Positions 9,834 to 20,912 of a DNA stretch of 64,000 bases are shown here, one piece after another. Position 1 is the stretch's first letter. The number at the start of each line of letters is the position of its first letter. A program made the translations under genes and the position numbers. Source of the DNA: Abditibacterium sp. (lineage in GTDB: Bacteria; Armatimonadota; Abditibacteriia; Abditibacteriales; Abditibacteriaceae); NCBI GenBank assembly GCA_965246885.1, contig OZ251992.1, positions 3,232,001 to 3,296,000 of the forward strand, in the 5' to 3' direction. Under the pieces are notes generated by a model that had not been told where the DNA came from, did not search any database, and saw nothing but the letters and a program-made list of their open reading frames with translations.

Positions 9834-10310
9834 TTAGCGCCCGGCAAACCGCTTCTGAGACTCCTCGTCCAAGAGGGTCACGTCGCGTATCTCGAAGCGG
9901 TTCTCCTCGTTGTCGCGGATGAGGAAGCGCGTGGGGCCAAGCTCGGTGATGGCTTCGTGGAGCGCCTTGGACGTGATGGCGACGCGGCCCCGGTCGGTTT
10001 CGACATCCCACTGCGAGGTGCCAAAGCGCTCGGCGATGGAGTAGATACGGGTGATTTGCGGCAGGAAGTAGCGGTTGTCGAGCGACTTCTTCAGAAGCTC
10101 CGCGCTTTGGAACGACAAGCCGCGCAGGTTCTCGATGGTGCCGAGTTCCTTGTCTTTGCCGTCGCGCACGATGAAGAACTGGTCGTCGCGCGAAAGCGGA
10201 AAGGCGCGCAGAACGTGCACGTCTATGCCGCAACGGTCGGGCAAAATGGCGCGCAGCGTCCCGTCGGGCGCGACGGACAGTTCGAGGGATTCCGGTGGCA
10301 GAAAGGGCAT
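9834..10310 (-). CDS. DUF1854-like protein
   Basis: VLRAFPLS, KELGTI, LDNRYFLPQITRI, WDVETDRG, FLIRD...RFEIRD...LDEES pattern matches this family as I recall it. Confidence 0.8.
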   Translation of the reverse strand: MPFLPPESLELSVAPDGTLRAILPDRCGIDVHVLRAFPLSRDDQFFIVRDGKDKELGTIENLRGLSFQSAELLKKSLDNRYFLPQITRIYSIAERFGTSQWDVETDRGRVAITSKALHEAITELGPTRFLIRDNEENRFEIRDVTLLDEESQKRFAGR

Positions 10311-10340
10311 AACGGTGGATGGTTCGAGATTGATGCCGCG

Positions 10341-13007
<2,667 letters not shown>

Positions 13008-13063
13008 AAAAGGAACACTTTCCATTTTAATCGTATGGCTTAGCCAACGATTGAAAGACACGC

Positions 13064-13168
13064 GGCGAATGAATTCGCAGCCAGCAAAGTCGTCGGCCTT
13101 CGCCGACGGCGTTTCAGTTCCTACGTCGGCGAAGGCCGACGACTTTGCTGGCTGCGAATTCATTCGCC
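13064..13168. repeat. REPIN-like element copy 1: perfect 45-bp inverted repeat, 15-nt loop
   Basis: ggcgaatgaattcgcagccagcaaagtcgtcggccttcgccgacg and its exact reverse complement at 13124-13168. Confidence 0.9.
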
Positions 13169-13189
13169 CAATACTAACACGTAACATTC

Positions 13190-13999
13190 ATGACGCTCCA
13201 ACAACTCACTCTATTCCCGCTCAAATCGGGCGGGGGCATCGAACTGCGCGAAGGAAAAGTCGAGGCGCGCGGCCTCCGGCACGACCGGCGCTGGATGCTC
13301 GTGGACGAGGCGGGGCGCTTTCTGTCGCAACGCGAGATGCCGCAGTTGGCCACCCTCCGACCGCACCTTTGCAATGACCGGCTTATCTTGCGGTGCGGCG
13401 ACGCGGAGTTGGACGTGCCCCTCCATCCACACGAAGGAGAACGAGTGCGCGTCGAAATCTGGCGGGACAGCATCGAAGCCCTCCACTTGGGCGACCTCGC
13501 CGACGAATGGCTGCGCGACGTTTTGGGGTTGGACGCGCGACTTGTGTGGATGCCCGACGACGCGCGGCGCCCCGTTGACCCCGCTTACGCTCTGCCAGAC
13601 GACGTTACTTCCTTCGCCGACGGCTTTCCGTTCCTCGTCCTCTCCGCCGCGTCGGTCGCTGACCTCAACAACCGCATCACCAGTGGCGGCGGACAACCCA
13701 TTGGCGCCGACCGCTTCCGCGCGAACTTCCTCATCGAAGGCGCCACGCCCTACGCCGAAGACAATTGGGCGCGCTTTCGCATCGGCGAGTGCGAGTTCGA
13801 GGCGGTCAAGCCTTGCTCGCGTTGCCTCATCCCGACCCTCGACCAAACGACGGGCGAGCGCACCGGCCCAGAGCCGCTTCGCACCTTGGCCACATACCGC
13901 GCGCGGGGTGGCAAAATTGCTCTCGCCCAAAACGCCCTTGCGCGCCGTTTGGGAACGGTGCGCGTCGGCGACGAGGTGGAAGTGCTCAGTTGGCGCTAA
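13190..13999 (+). CDS. MOSC domain protein (YcbX/mARC-like)
   Basis: LFPLKS, DRRWMLVD, SFADGFPFL, RFRANF, KPCSRC. Confidence 0.93.
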   Translation: MTLQQLTLFPLKSGGGIELREGKVEARGLRHDRRWMLVDEAGRFLSQREMPQLATLRPHLCNDRLILRCGDAELDVPLHPHEGERVRVEIWRDSIEALHLGDLADEWLRDVLGLDARLVWMPDDARRPVDPAYALPDDVTSFADGFPFLVLSAASVADLNNRITSGGGQPIGADRFRANFLIEGATPYAEDNWARFRIGECEFEAVKPCSRCLIPTLDQTTGERTGPEPLRTLATYRARGGKIALAQNALARRLGTVRVGDEVEVLSWR

Positions 14000-14014
14000 G
14001 AGGGCGACGAAGCG

Positions 14015-15382
14015 TCACTCTCCTGCTGCGGGGGCGTCTTGTTCTTTGCGGCGCAGGGCTTTGAGGTCGGTGAGGACGGACGAGAACTTGGAGATGAGCA
14101 CGCCCAACTGGTCGCTGCTGGTGGCGGCTTCATAAACCTCGATTTCGCCGAGCGAGACGGCGCGGTCGGAGTTGACGTTTGGATCGGCGTTGGGAAGCGC
14201 GATGTTGCCGGGGCCGTTCGCTTGGAAGATGAAGCGCAAGAACTTGGCTTCGACCGGGCGCACCAGAAACTCTTGGTTGACGGCCTCGTCCTTGACGTTG
14301 ATGGACGCCACATCTTTCCAAGGGCCGTCCTTAAAGCTGCCAGTCGTCGCTTGCACGGCGACGCGGCGCGCCCAGCGCAGGTCGCTTTGGTTGGAAGTGG
14401 GGTTGAGGACAATCTTCCCAATGAGGCGGGTTCTATCCCCAGCGAAGCCAAGCGTCACGTATTCGTGGTTGGGCGCAAAACCTTGCGAGGCCCAGCCGAA
14501 AGAGCCTTTGCCTTCCGCCAAAGAAAAGTTCTGGCCGTCAATCAGTTTGTCGGGGCCATACGCGGGATCGTTGTTGAAAATGGAAGAGTACGCCATGACT
14601 TTCCCGCCGTTCTTGGCCGCCACCAAATTGCTCTTGCCAATGGGCACGCGCGCATCGCCTTCGCCCAGCAGTTGCACCAATTGCAGCGTGGCAGGCGCGA
14701 GGGATTTGTCGAGAGAGGCGCCGACGGTCTGCCCGCCGCCGTTGCCGCCTTCGAGTTGAACGTCGCGGTAGCGGCGCAGGTCGTTGACAGCGCTTTCCAA
14801 ACGCGCGATCAGGCCGCCCATCGGGTCGCTCGTGTCAATGGCGGCATACACCTCCACCTCGCCCAGAGCAACCGCGCGGTCAGAGCCGTAGTTCGAGCGA
14901 AACACGAGGCGCACAAAGCGCGCGGGGGTGGGGAGCAAAGGAAACTCTTGGGGCGTCGCACTCTGCTTGAGAGTCAGTTGCGCAACGGAACTATAGGGGC
15001 CGTCGGCGGTTTCGGTCGAGACCTGCACTTCCACGTCTTTGGCCCAGCGTTCGGGCGGCAGGTCGGTCGCGGGGTTGAGCACGATCTTGCCGATGGTGAA
15101 CTGCTTGTTCCCGGCGAAGCCGAGCACCACACTGTCGCGCGCGATGGGGTCGAACTTGTTCGACGACCACCCGCGCGACTTGGATCCGTTCACGCCGAAG
15201 ACTTGGCCATCTATCAGGTTCCCTGCGGAATAGGCCGGGTCGTCGCCCAGCGTCGAAGAGGAGGAGATAATGCGCCCGCCATTGGCTTTGGCGGCCAAAT
15301 TGAGCGTATCGGTGGGCCGGTTCTGTGCGCTCGCCGCAAGCGGCAAACCGAGCAAAAAGAAAGCGACAAGTGAATGTTTCAT
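14015..15382 (-). CDS. Secreted protein with two tandem discoidin/F5-8-like domains
   Basis: Signal peptide; internal duplication NLAAKANGG...LIDGQ...GW.S...IGKIVLNP...RF.R..F...AV.LGE.EVY. Confidence 0.8.
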   Translation of the reverse strand: MKHSLVAFFLLGLPLAASAQNRPTDTLNLAAKANGGRIISSSSTLGDDPAYSAGNLIDGQVFGVNGSKSRGWSSNKFDPIARDSVVLGFAGNKQFTIGKIVLNPATDLPPERWAKDVEVQVSTETADGPYSSVAQLTLKQSATPQEFPLLPTPARFVRLVFRSNYGSDRAVALGEVEVYAAIDTSDPMGGLIARLESAVNDLRRYRDVQLEGGNGGGQTVGASLDKSLAPATLQLVQLLGEGDARVPIGKSNLVAAKNGGKVMAYSSIFNNDPAYGPDKLIDGQNFSLAEGKGSFGWASQGFAPNHEYVTLGFAGDRTRLIGKIVLNPTSNQSDLRWARRVAVQATTGSFKDGPWKDVASINVKDEAVNQEFLVRPVEAKFLRFIFQANGPGNIALPNADPNVNSDRAVSLGEIEVYEAATSSDQLGVLISKFSSVLTDLKALRRKEQDAPAAGE

Positions 15383-15390
15383 AAAAGCGG

Positions 15391-16620
15391 TCAAGAACTA
15401 TGCGCGGCGCGCATGGCGGCCTCGTGCACCTCGCGCGCCGGAACGCCGAAAAGCCGCGCGGCGCGCTTCACGTCCTCCCATTCGGGATGCGCGCGCGCGA
15501 TTCCCAGCGCCTCATTGCGCGCGATTTTTACGGCAATGGGGCCAAAGGGCGTGGCGACGCGCGCCATTTCTCTGTCCAATGCCGCGCGTTCGAGGCGAAT
15601 TCGACGCACGCCAAGCGTGGTTGTTTCTCGAAGTATGGCGCCTAAGACCGCTTTCTCGTGAGAATCATCACACATCGCGCCCAAAATCAGCGCCGGACGC
15701 CCCTTTTTCATGTGAATCGGCACCAGCCAGACATCGAGCGCGCCCGCTTCAAAGAGCCGCTCGAACGCCAACTCCCACGCTTGCGGGTTCAGGTCGTCTA
15801 CATTCGCCTCGAACTGCGTCAGCGTGCGCCATTCCAGACCGTCCGATGCAGCGCTGTCAGCCGTCGCACCGATTGACACGCGCAGGATGTTGGGGCGGTC
15901 GGGAAAATCTTTCTTGCCCGCGCCCAAGCCGATTTGCTCCAGCGTCATGGCGGGCGCGCTTCCGTAGCCCTTACACAGCGCCGCCAGAATCCCGGCGCCC
16001 GTTGGCGTCACCATTTCGCCGCGCACATCGGTCGGCACCCAAGGTGCGCCCTTGAGCAGTTCGAGCGTTGCGGGCGCGGGAACGGGCATCAGGCCATGCG
16101 CGCACCGGACGAAGCCGCTCGACATCGGCAGCGCCGACGCCCACACTTGCTCCACCTTCAGTCGCTCCAAGCACCACGCGACGCCCACGATGTCGAGCAG
16201 CGAATCCAAACCGCCGATCTCGTGGAAGTGCACTTCGTCGGGCGTGGAATGGTGCAAAAGCGCTTCGGCGGTGGCAATCTTTCCGAAGATGGCGAGCGCG
16301 TCGCGCTTGACGCGCGCGCTCAGGTCGCTGGCCTTAATAATGTCCCGTATCTCGCGCATCGAGCGCCCATGATGGTGGTGATGATGCCCATCCGCCGCTT
16401 CCAACTCCTGCGCGTCGGTTTGGCCGTGCAGCGCAATCGAGACGCTTTGCGCGTGAATCCCCGACCGGAGCACCGCCGCGCTTTCGATGCTCCAATCCTC
16501 GACAGGCAACGACGCCAGCGCGGCGCGCAACTCCTCAAGCGGCGCACCGGCATCCAACAAAGCGGCGAGCGCCATATCCCCGGCGATGCCGGAAAAGCAG
16601 TCGAAGTAAGCGATTTTCAT
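15391..16620 (-). CDS. larC: Nickel-pincer cofactor biosynthesis nickel insertase
   Basis: MKIAYFDCFSGIAGDM, His-rich segment, HFHEIG, CAHG.MPVPAPAT, TPTGA, MKKGRP, ETTTLGVR; ATGA overlap with larB. Confidence 0.95.
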   Translation of the reverse strand: MKIAYFDCFSGIAGDMALAALLDAGAPLEELRAALASLPVEDWSIESAAVLRSGIHAQSVSIALHGQTDAQELEAADGHHHHHHGRSMREIRDIIKASDLSARVKRDALAIFGKIATAEALLHHSTPDEVHFHEIGGLDSLLDIVGVAWCLERLKVEQVWASALPMSSGFVRCAHGLMPVPAPATLELLKGAPWVPTDVRGEMVTPTGAGILAALCKGYGSAPAMTLEQIGLGAGKKDFPDRPNILRVSIGATADSAASDGLEWRTLTQFEANVDDLNPQAWELAFERLFEAGALDVWLVPIHMKKGRPALILGAMCDDSHEKAVLGAILRETTTLGVRRIRLERAALDREMARVATPFGPIAVKIARNEALGIARAHPEWEDVKRAARLFGVPAREVHEAAMRAAHSS

Positions 16621-17375
16621 GCGGACTTCAGTGTCCGCAAGACCGACGCGGCGAAAGCAGCAGCGCCGAAACCGTTGTCTATGTTGACGACCGCCACGCC
16701 GTTGGCGCACGAGTTGAGCATCCCCAACAGCGCCGCCAAGCCGCCAAACGAGGCGCCGTAGCCGACACTGGTGGGAACGGCGACAACGGGAACCGACACT
16801 AAGCCCGCAATCACCGAAGGCAGGGCGCCTTCCATGCCCGCGACGACGACTAACACCGATTGGGCGCGGATAAGGGGCAGTTGGCTCAGGGTGCGGTGCA
16901 AGCCCGCGACGCCGATGTCGGAGATGCGCTCGACGCGCGCGCCCATCGCTTCCAAGCACAGCGCGGCTTCTTCGGCAACGGGCAAATCGCTCGTTCCGGC
17001 GCACAACACGCCGACACTACCGGGCAGTTCGTCGCGCTCGCCGTCTATGTGGATGAGGCGCGCGAGTTCATCGTAGCGGGCGCGCGGCAGTTGGTCGGCG
17101 ATGCCCGCCCACACGTCGGGCGCGACGCGCGTCACGAGGACGGGAGCGCCGGTCTGCTCCAACCGTCCGGCGATGGCGACGATTTGGGCGGGCGTTTTGC
17201 CTTGGCCAAAGACGACTTCGGGGAACCCTTGGCGCAGGGCGCGGTGGTGGTCGAGGCGCGCGAAGCCGAGGTTTTCTTCATCGGGCATGGCCGAGAGCGT
17301 TTCGAGAGCGTCGGCCACATCAGTGGAGCCGTTGGCGACCCTATCGAGGAGCGAGCGCAGTTGGTCGGGGGTCAT
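16617..17375 (-). CDS. larB: Nickel-pincer cofactor biosynthesis carboxylase
   Basis: D.HR..RQGFPEVVFG.GKT, AGTSDLPVAEEA, DIGVAGLHR, AGMEGALPS, PTSVGYG, NIDNGFGAA. Confidence 0.96.
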   Translation of the reverse strand: MTPDQLRSLLDRVANGSTDVADALETLSAMPDEENLGFARLDHHRALRQGFPEVVFGQGKTPAQIVAIAGRLEQTGAPVLVTRVAPDVWAGIADQLPRARYDELARLIHIDGERDELPGSVGVLCAGTSDLPVAEEAALCLEAMGARVERISDIGVAGLHRTLSQLPLIRAQSVLVVVAGMEGALPSVIAGLVSVPVVAVPTSVGYGASFGGLAALLGMLNSCANGVAVVNIDNGFGAAAFAASVLRTLKSA

Positions 17376-17413
17376 AGAAGCGCGCCAAATTTTATCAAAT
17401 TAGAAGGGGAGCC

Positions 17414-17442
17414 TTGCGCACGGGCGCGGAGGTTGGTAACAT
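17414..17442 (+). promoter_or_regulatory. sigma70-type promoter for secG-tRNA-Leu
   Basis: TTGCGC-N17-TAACAT with TG extension, 26 nt before the secG ATG. Confidence 0.55.
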
Positions 17443-17468
17443 TTGACGGGCCGTTTGGCAGGGAACTC

Positions 17469-17831
17469 ATGAACGCTGTTTTGTTTTTGCTTCAGGGCGT
17501 GTCCGCGCTCATTTTCATCGTCTTGATGGCCATTCAAACCGACAAGAATGAGCAAAGCGGCGTAATGGGTTTGGGCGCGCAGGGCGGACGCATGAGTGGC
17601 TCGATAGATATGCCCGTTGGCGCTGAAAGAATACTCAAGCCGATGTCCAAATGGTCGGGCATCGCCTTTTTGTTCGCTTCCGTCCTCGCGGCGGCGAACT
17701 CGACTCTGAGCAAAACGACCGGCCTGCCTTGGTATGCCCTCGTGGGCGCCATCGGCTTGTATTTGTTCGTGATGATTTTGGGCGATTCGGTATGGAAGAG
17801 TTTTCTGCGCGCGTTCGGCGCAGGCAGTTAG
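17469..17831 (+). CDS. secG: Preprotein translocase subunit SecG, with an extra C-terminal hydrophobic helix
   Basis: TM1 ending IQ..K, Gly-rich loop, GAERIL..., TM2; directly followed by tRNA-Leu(GAG) as in the E. coli secG-leuU arrangement. Confidence 0.75.
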   Translation: MNAVLFLLQGVSALIFIVLMAIQTDKNEQSGVMGLGAQGGRMSGSIDMPVGAERILKPMSKWSGIAFLFASVLAAANSTLSKTTGLPWYALVGAIGLYLFVMILGDSVWKSFLRAFGAGS

Positions 17832-17841
17832 AGAAAAATTT

Positions 17842-17924
17842 GTCGCGGTGGCGAAATGGCAGACGCGCCAGCTTGAGGGGCTGGTGCCCGCAAGGGCGTG
17901 GAAGTTCGAGTCTTCTCCGCGACA
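17842..17924 (+). tRNA. tRNA-Leu(GAG), CCA not encoded
   Basis: Acceptor GTCGCGG/CCGCGAC, anticodon arm CCAGC-TTGAGGG-GCTGG, long variable arm, GTTCGAG T-loop. Confidence 0.96.
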
Positions 17925-17933
17925 TTCAACTAA

Positions 17934-17964
17934 AAAACCGTGCGACTCTCCGTCGCGCGGTTTT
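17934..17964 (+). terminator. Intrinsic terminator after tRNA-Leu
   Basis: aaaaccgtgcgac-tctcc-gtcgcgcggtttt. Confidence 0.75.
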
Positions 17965-17973
17965 CGTCTTTCC

Positions 17974-18155
17974 GGGACGCACTGACAGAGGGCGGCGATT
18001 GGTTGACAAACGTCCGGGAATCATTCTCAGACGTCTGTCAACCAGTCGCCGCCCTCTGTCACCGAGTCCCAGACGTCTGTCAGCGAGCCACCGACGTCCG
18101 TCAGCCATTCCCAGACGTCTGGGAGTGTCCGACAGACGTCCGTCAGCGAGTCACC
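17974..18155. repeat. Degenerate 21-bp array B with an inverted arm
   Basis: GACGTC at 18030, 18072, 18093, 18114 and 18135 (21-bp phase); 17974-18014 is an imperfect reverse complement of 18030-18070. Confidence 0.85.
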
Positions 18156-18158
18156 GCT

Positions 18159-18578
18159 ATGATTCCCCTCACCGCCAAACGCCCCCCCGACGAGCCGACC
18201 ATCTACGAACTCGCGGGCGGCCAAGAACCACTGATGCGGATGGTCGCGCACTTTTACCGGAGCGTCGAAACCGACCCGGTTTTGCGCCCTTTATATCCCG
18301 AAGACCTGCGCGACAGCGCGTGGTGGACGGCGCTGTTCATCATTCAATACTGCGGCGGGCCATCCGACTACTCTCAAACGCGCGGCCACCCGCGTTTGCG
18401 GATGCGGCACTATCCTTTCTCCATCGGCCAGCGCGAGCGCGATGCGTGGGTCGCTCATATGAGCGCCGCCGTCGCAGCGGAAATCACCAACGAGACGGCG
18501 AGGCGGTTTCTGCTCGACTACTTCGAGCGCACCGCCACCTTTTTGATGAACCGAAGCGAAGGCGAAGCAAGAAGTTAA
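18159..18578 (+). CDS. Group II truncated hemoglobin (trHbO/GlbO-like)
   Basis: IYELAGG, HFY..V..DP.LRPLYPEDL, QYCGGP..YS..RGHPRLRMRH.PF.IG..ERDAW. Confidence 0.93.
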   Translation: MIPLTAKRPPDEPTIYELAGGQEPLMRMVAHFYRSVETDPVLRPLYPEDLRDSAWWTALFIIQYCGGPSDYSQTRGHPRLRMRHYPFSIGQRERDAWVAHMSAAVAAEITNETARRFLLDYFERTATFLMNRSEGEARS

Positions 18579-19118
18579 TCAGCCCGCATGAAACTTCACC
18601 GCTTCCACTACCCGCCCTGCCCGCTCTTCCCCAACGCGGGCGGCGAGCAGTTCCCGCAGCGCCGCCAACTCCTGCGCGCGGTCTTTGCCGCCTACAACGG
18701 CGGCGCTGGTGCGTAGCGCACCAGCGCGCGAGGCGGTATCGGTCGGGTCAAGCGCCCAAGCAGATAAATAATCGAGCGCGGCGCGGGCGGGCGCTTTGCC
18801 ACGCAGGGTGCCGTTGTCCCACGTTTGGGCGCGCAAGGCGTACGCGGACGCGCACTGCGGGTCGAGTTCGAGGGCGCGCGTGCAATCGTCGGCGCAGTTG
18901 AAGCGGTTCGAGGGCAAGCGCGACGACAAAAAGTAACGCGCGCGATCGAGAAGCGGCTCCGTGTCGAGGGGATTCGCTTCGATGACGGCGCGCAAGGCGC
19001 GCAGTTCGGCCTGCACGCCGGGATATTGGCGCTCGAAGGCTTTCAAGTCGGCGGCAGAAGCGGCGCTGGGAGCCGGAGTATCGGGCGCCGGTTTGCGCCG
19101 AAAGGGGAAAAGCGACAC
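18579..19118 (-). CDS. TPR-like hypothetical protein
   Basis: ADDCTRALELDP...AYALRA, DYLSAWALDP helical repeats; GTG start. Confidence 0.65.
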   Translation of the reverse strand: MSLFPFRRKPAPDTPAPSAASAADLKAFERQYPGVQAELRALRAVIEANPLDTEPLLDRARYFLSSRLPSNRFNCADDCTRALELDPQCASAYALRAQTWDNGTLRGKAPARAALDYLSAWALDPTDTASRAGALRTSAAVVGGKDRAQELAALRELLAARVGEERAGRVVEAVKFHAG

Positions 19119-19157
19119 AACGAGAGTTTGCTTGGCTTGGGGCGAAGCCGCCGCAAG

Positions 19158-20843
19158 TTAGCTTGTCCCTGCCGAAGCTGCGCCCTTGTGGGGCAAAGCG
19201 TACGGCGTGGGCGGGATCACTCCAAGCAGGTCGCGGCGCACCGTGCCCGCCGTTTTGTTCAAGAGCGCCCACGCCGGGGCGAATCGGTAGCCGCTCAAGC
19301 GCGCCTTAATGACGTACAAACCGGGGCGCACCACGACAACCGAGTAGGCGCCATTACTATCCGTGCGGGTGACGAAGCCGTTGTTCAGATAAATTTCCAC
19401 TCCTGCAAGCGGACGAAGGACGCCGGAGGTTCGAGAATAAGCGGTGCCCACCAGAGTGAGTTGGCCAGAAGGAGCGGGAGTGGCAGTTGGTCGGGGCGTT
19501 GGGGCGGGCGTGGCGGTCGGTTTGGGAGTGGGCGTCGGGGTGGGTTTGGGCAGCAACGAAGCGACGGCGGCGGCCACATCGAGGCGGCCATTGCTCGCGC
19601 ACACACCGCTCAGCGCGGGAGCTTGAAAGGAAGTTTGCAGCAAAAGCGCCTTCATTTGCGCCGCAGATAGGCTTGGTTTGATGCTCCACAACAAGGCGGC
19701 GGCGCCCGTTGCCATTGGCGTGGACATCGAAGTGCCATCCAAATACTGCACGCCTCCGCCGCGCGCGAGGGAGAGGATATTGGTGCCGGGCGCGAAGATG
19801 TCCACGTTTTGGGCGCCGTAGTTGGAAAAACTCGCGCGGGCGTCGTTCGCATCAGAAGCGGCAACCGACACGATAGTGGGGAAGGTGTAAGCCGAGGGAT
19901 AATCGGGGCGCGCGTCAATGGAGTAGCCCACGCCGTTGGCGTCGCCGTTGCCCGCCGCAACAAAGGAAAGGATGCCAGCGCGGTCGAGCGCGGCAAAGGC
20001 GTCTTGCAACACTTGGCTGGTATCGGGGCCGCCCCACGAAGCGTTGAGGGCGCGGATATTGACGCCGCGCGCTTTGAGGCCCAAAACGTAGTCAATGCCC
20101 GCCGCGATAGTGGGGTCGTCGCCGTTGCCCGATGCATCAAAGACTTTGACGGGAACGATGCGGGTTTGCCAGTTGACGCCCGACACGAGCAGTCCGTTAT
20201 TGCCGCGCGCGCCGATGATGCCCGCGACGTGCGTGCCGTGCGAGTCGCTCGCGTCGTCTTCGGGCGGCGTGCCGGGGGAAAAGGCGTTAAAGCCGCCGGT
20301 GAGTTCGCCCGCGAGGTCGGGGTGCGCCAGTTGCACGCCGGTATCCACGACGGCCACTGCAACCGAAGCCGAGCCGGTCGCGGTGTCCCACGCTTGGGGC
20401 GCTCCGATTTTGGCGAGCCACCACTGCGAGCCGAACTGGGGGTCGTTGGGGGTGCGGTAGACGTGGCGGGAGTGGACGGCTTCGACGTTGCGGGCGCCGT
20501 AAGTGGCGCGCAGTTTGGCGAGGGCGGTCTTCTTCTGGCTGGCGGGAACGGCAACGACGCTCCAGCCGACGTTGGCAAACGTGCGCCCGACCCACGCGCC
20601 GGGAACGACGCCTTGCAAGTCGCTTTGCAAGCGGCGCCGCGCCGCAACGGAGCGGGTCGCGGCGGAAGCGGAAGGCGAGAGAACTTGCGGGGTAAAAGCG
20701 TTCCAGCGCACGAAGACTTTGAGGGCGGGAGCTTGCCCTGCATGCGCGGGAAGTGCCGTGAGGGTGGAAAGGAAAAGCGCGGACGCGGACAAGGCGCGCG
20801 CGAAGTGTGGGAAAGGAGCCATCGGAAGCGGTGCTTTGGACAC
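19158..20843 (-). CDS. Secreted S8 subtilisin-like serine peptidase with Pro/Thr linker and C-terminal beta-sandwich
   Basis: Catalytic triad VAVVDTG, HGTHVAG, GTSMSTP; PTPTPTP linker; start uncertain. Confidence 0.93.
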   Translation of the reverse strand: MSKAPLPMAPFPHFARALSASALFLSTLTALPAHAGQAPALKVFVRWNAFTPQVLSPSASAATRSVAARRRLQSDLQGVVPGAWVGRTFANVGWSVVAVPASQKKTALAKLRATYGARNVEAVHSRHVYRTPNDPQFGSQWWLAKIGAPQAWDTATGSASVAVAVVDTGVQLAHPDLAGELTGGFNAFSPGTPPEDDASDSHGTHVAGIIGARGNNGLLVSGVNWQTRIVPVKVFDASGNGDDPTIAAGIDYVLGLKARGVNIRALNASWGGPDTSQVLQDAFAALDRAGILSFVAAGNGDANGVGYSIDARPDYPSAYTFPTIVSVAASDANDARASFSNYGAQNVDIFAPGTNILSLARGGGVQYLDGTSMSTPMATGAAALLWSIKPSLSAAQMKALLLQTSFQAPALSGVCASNGRLDVAAAVASLLPKPTPTPTPKPTATPAPTPRPTATPAPSGQLTLVGTAYSRTSGVLRPLAGVEIYLNNGFVTRTDSNGAYSVVVVRPGLYVIKARLSGYRFAPAWALLNKTAGTVRRDLLGVIPPTPYALPHKGAASAGTS

Positions 20844-20912
20844 GCCTGCCCCGGCTTCGTTCCTTTAGAAACCTTGCGCGCCGCCGACAAAGGGCCACAC
20901 TGTATCTCCTTC

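Noticed and set aside
13008..13187. N-terminal extension of Lon with MNSQPAKSSAFAD seen on both strands
   Set aside because: Produced by translating through the perfect inverted repeat at 13064-13168
19480..19550. Short repeats inside the S8 peptidase gene
   Set aside because: Ordinary Pro/Thr linker coding sequence
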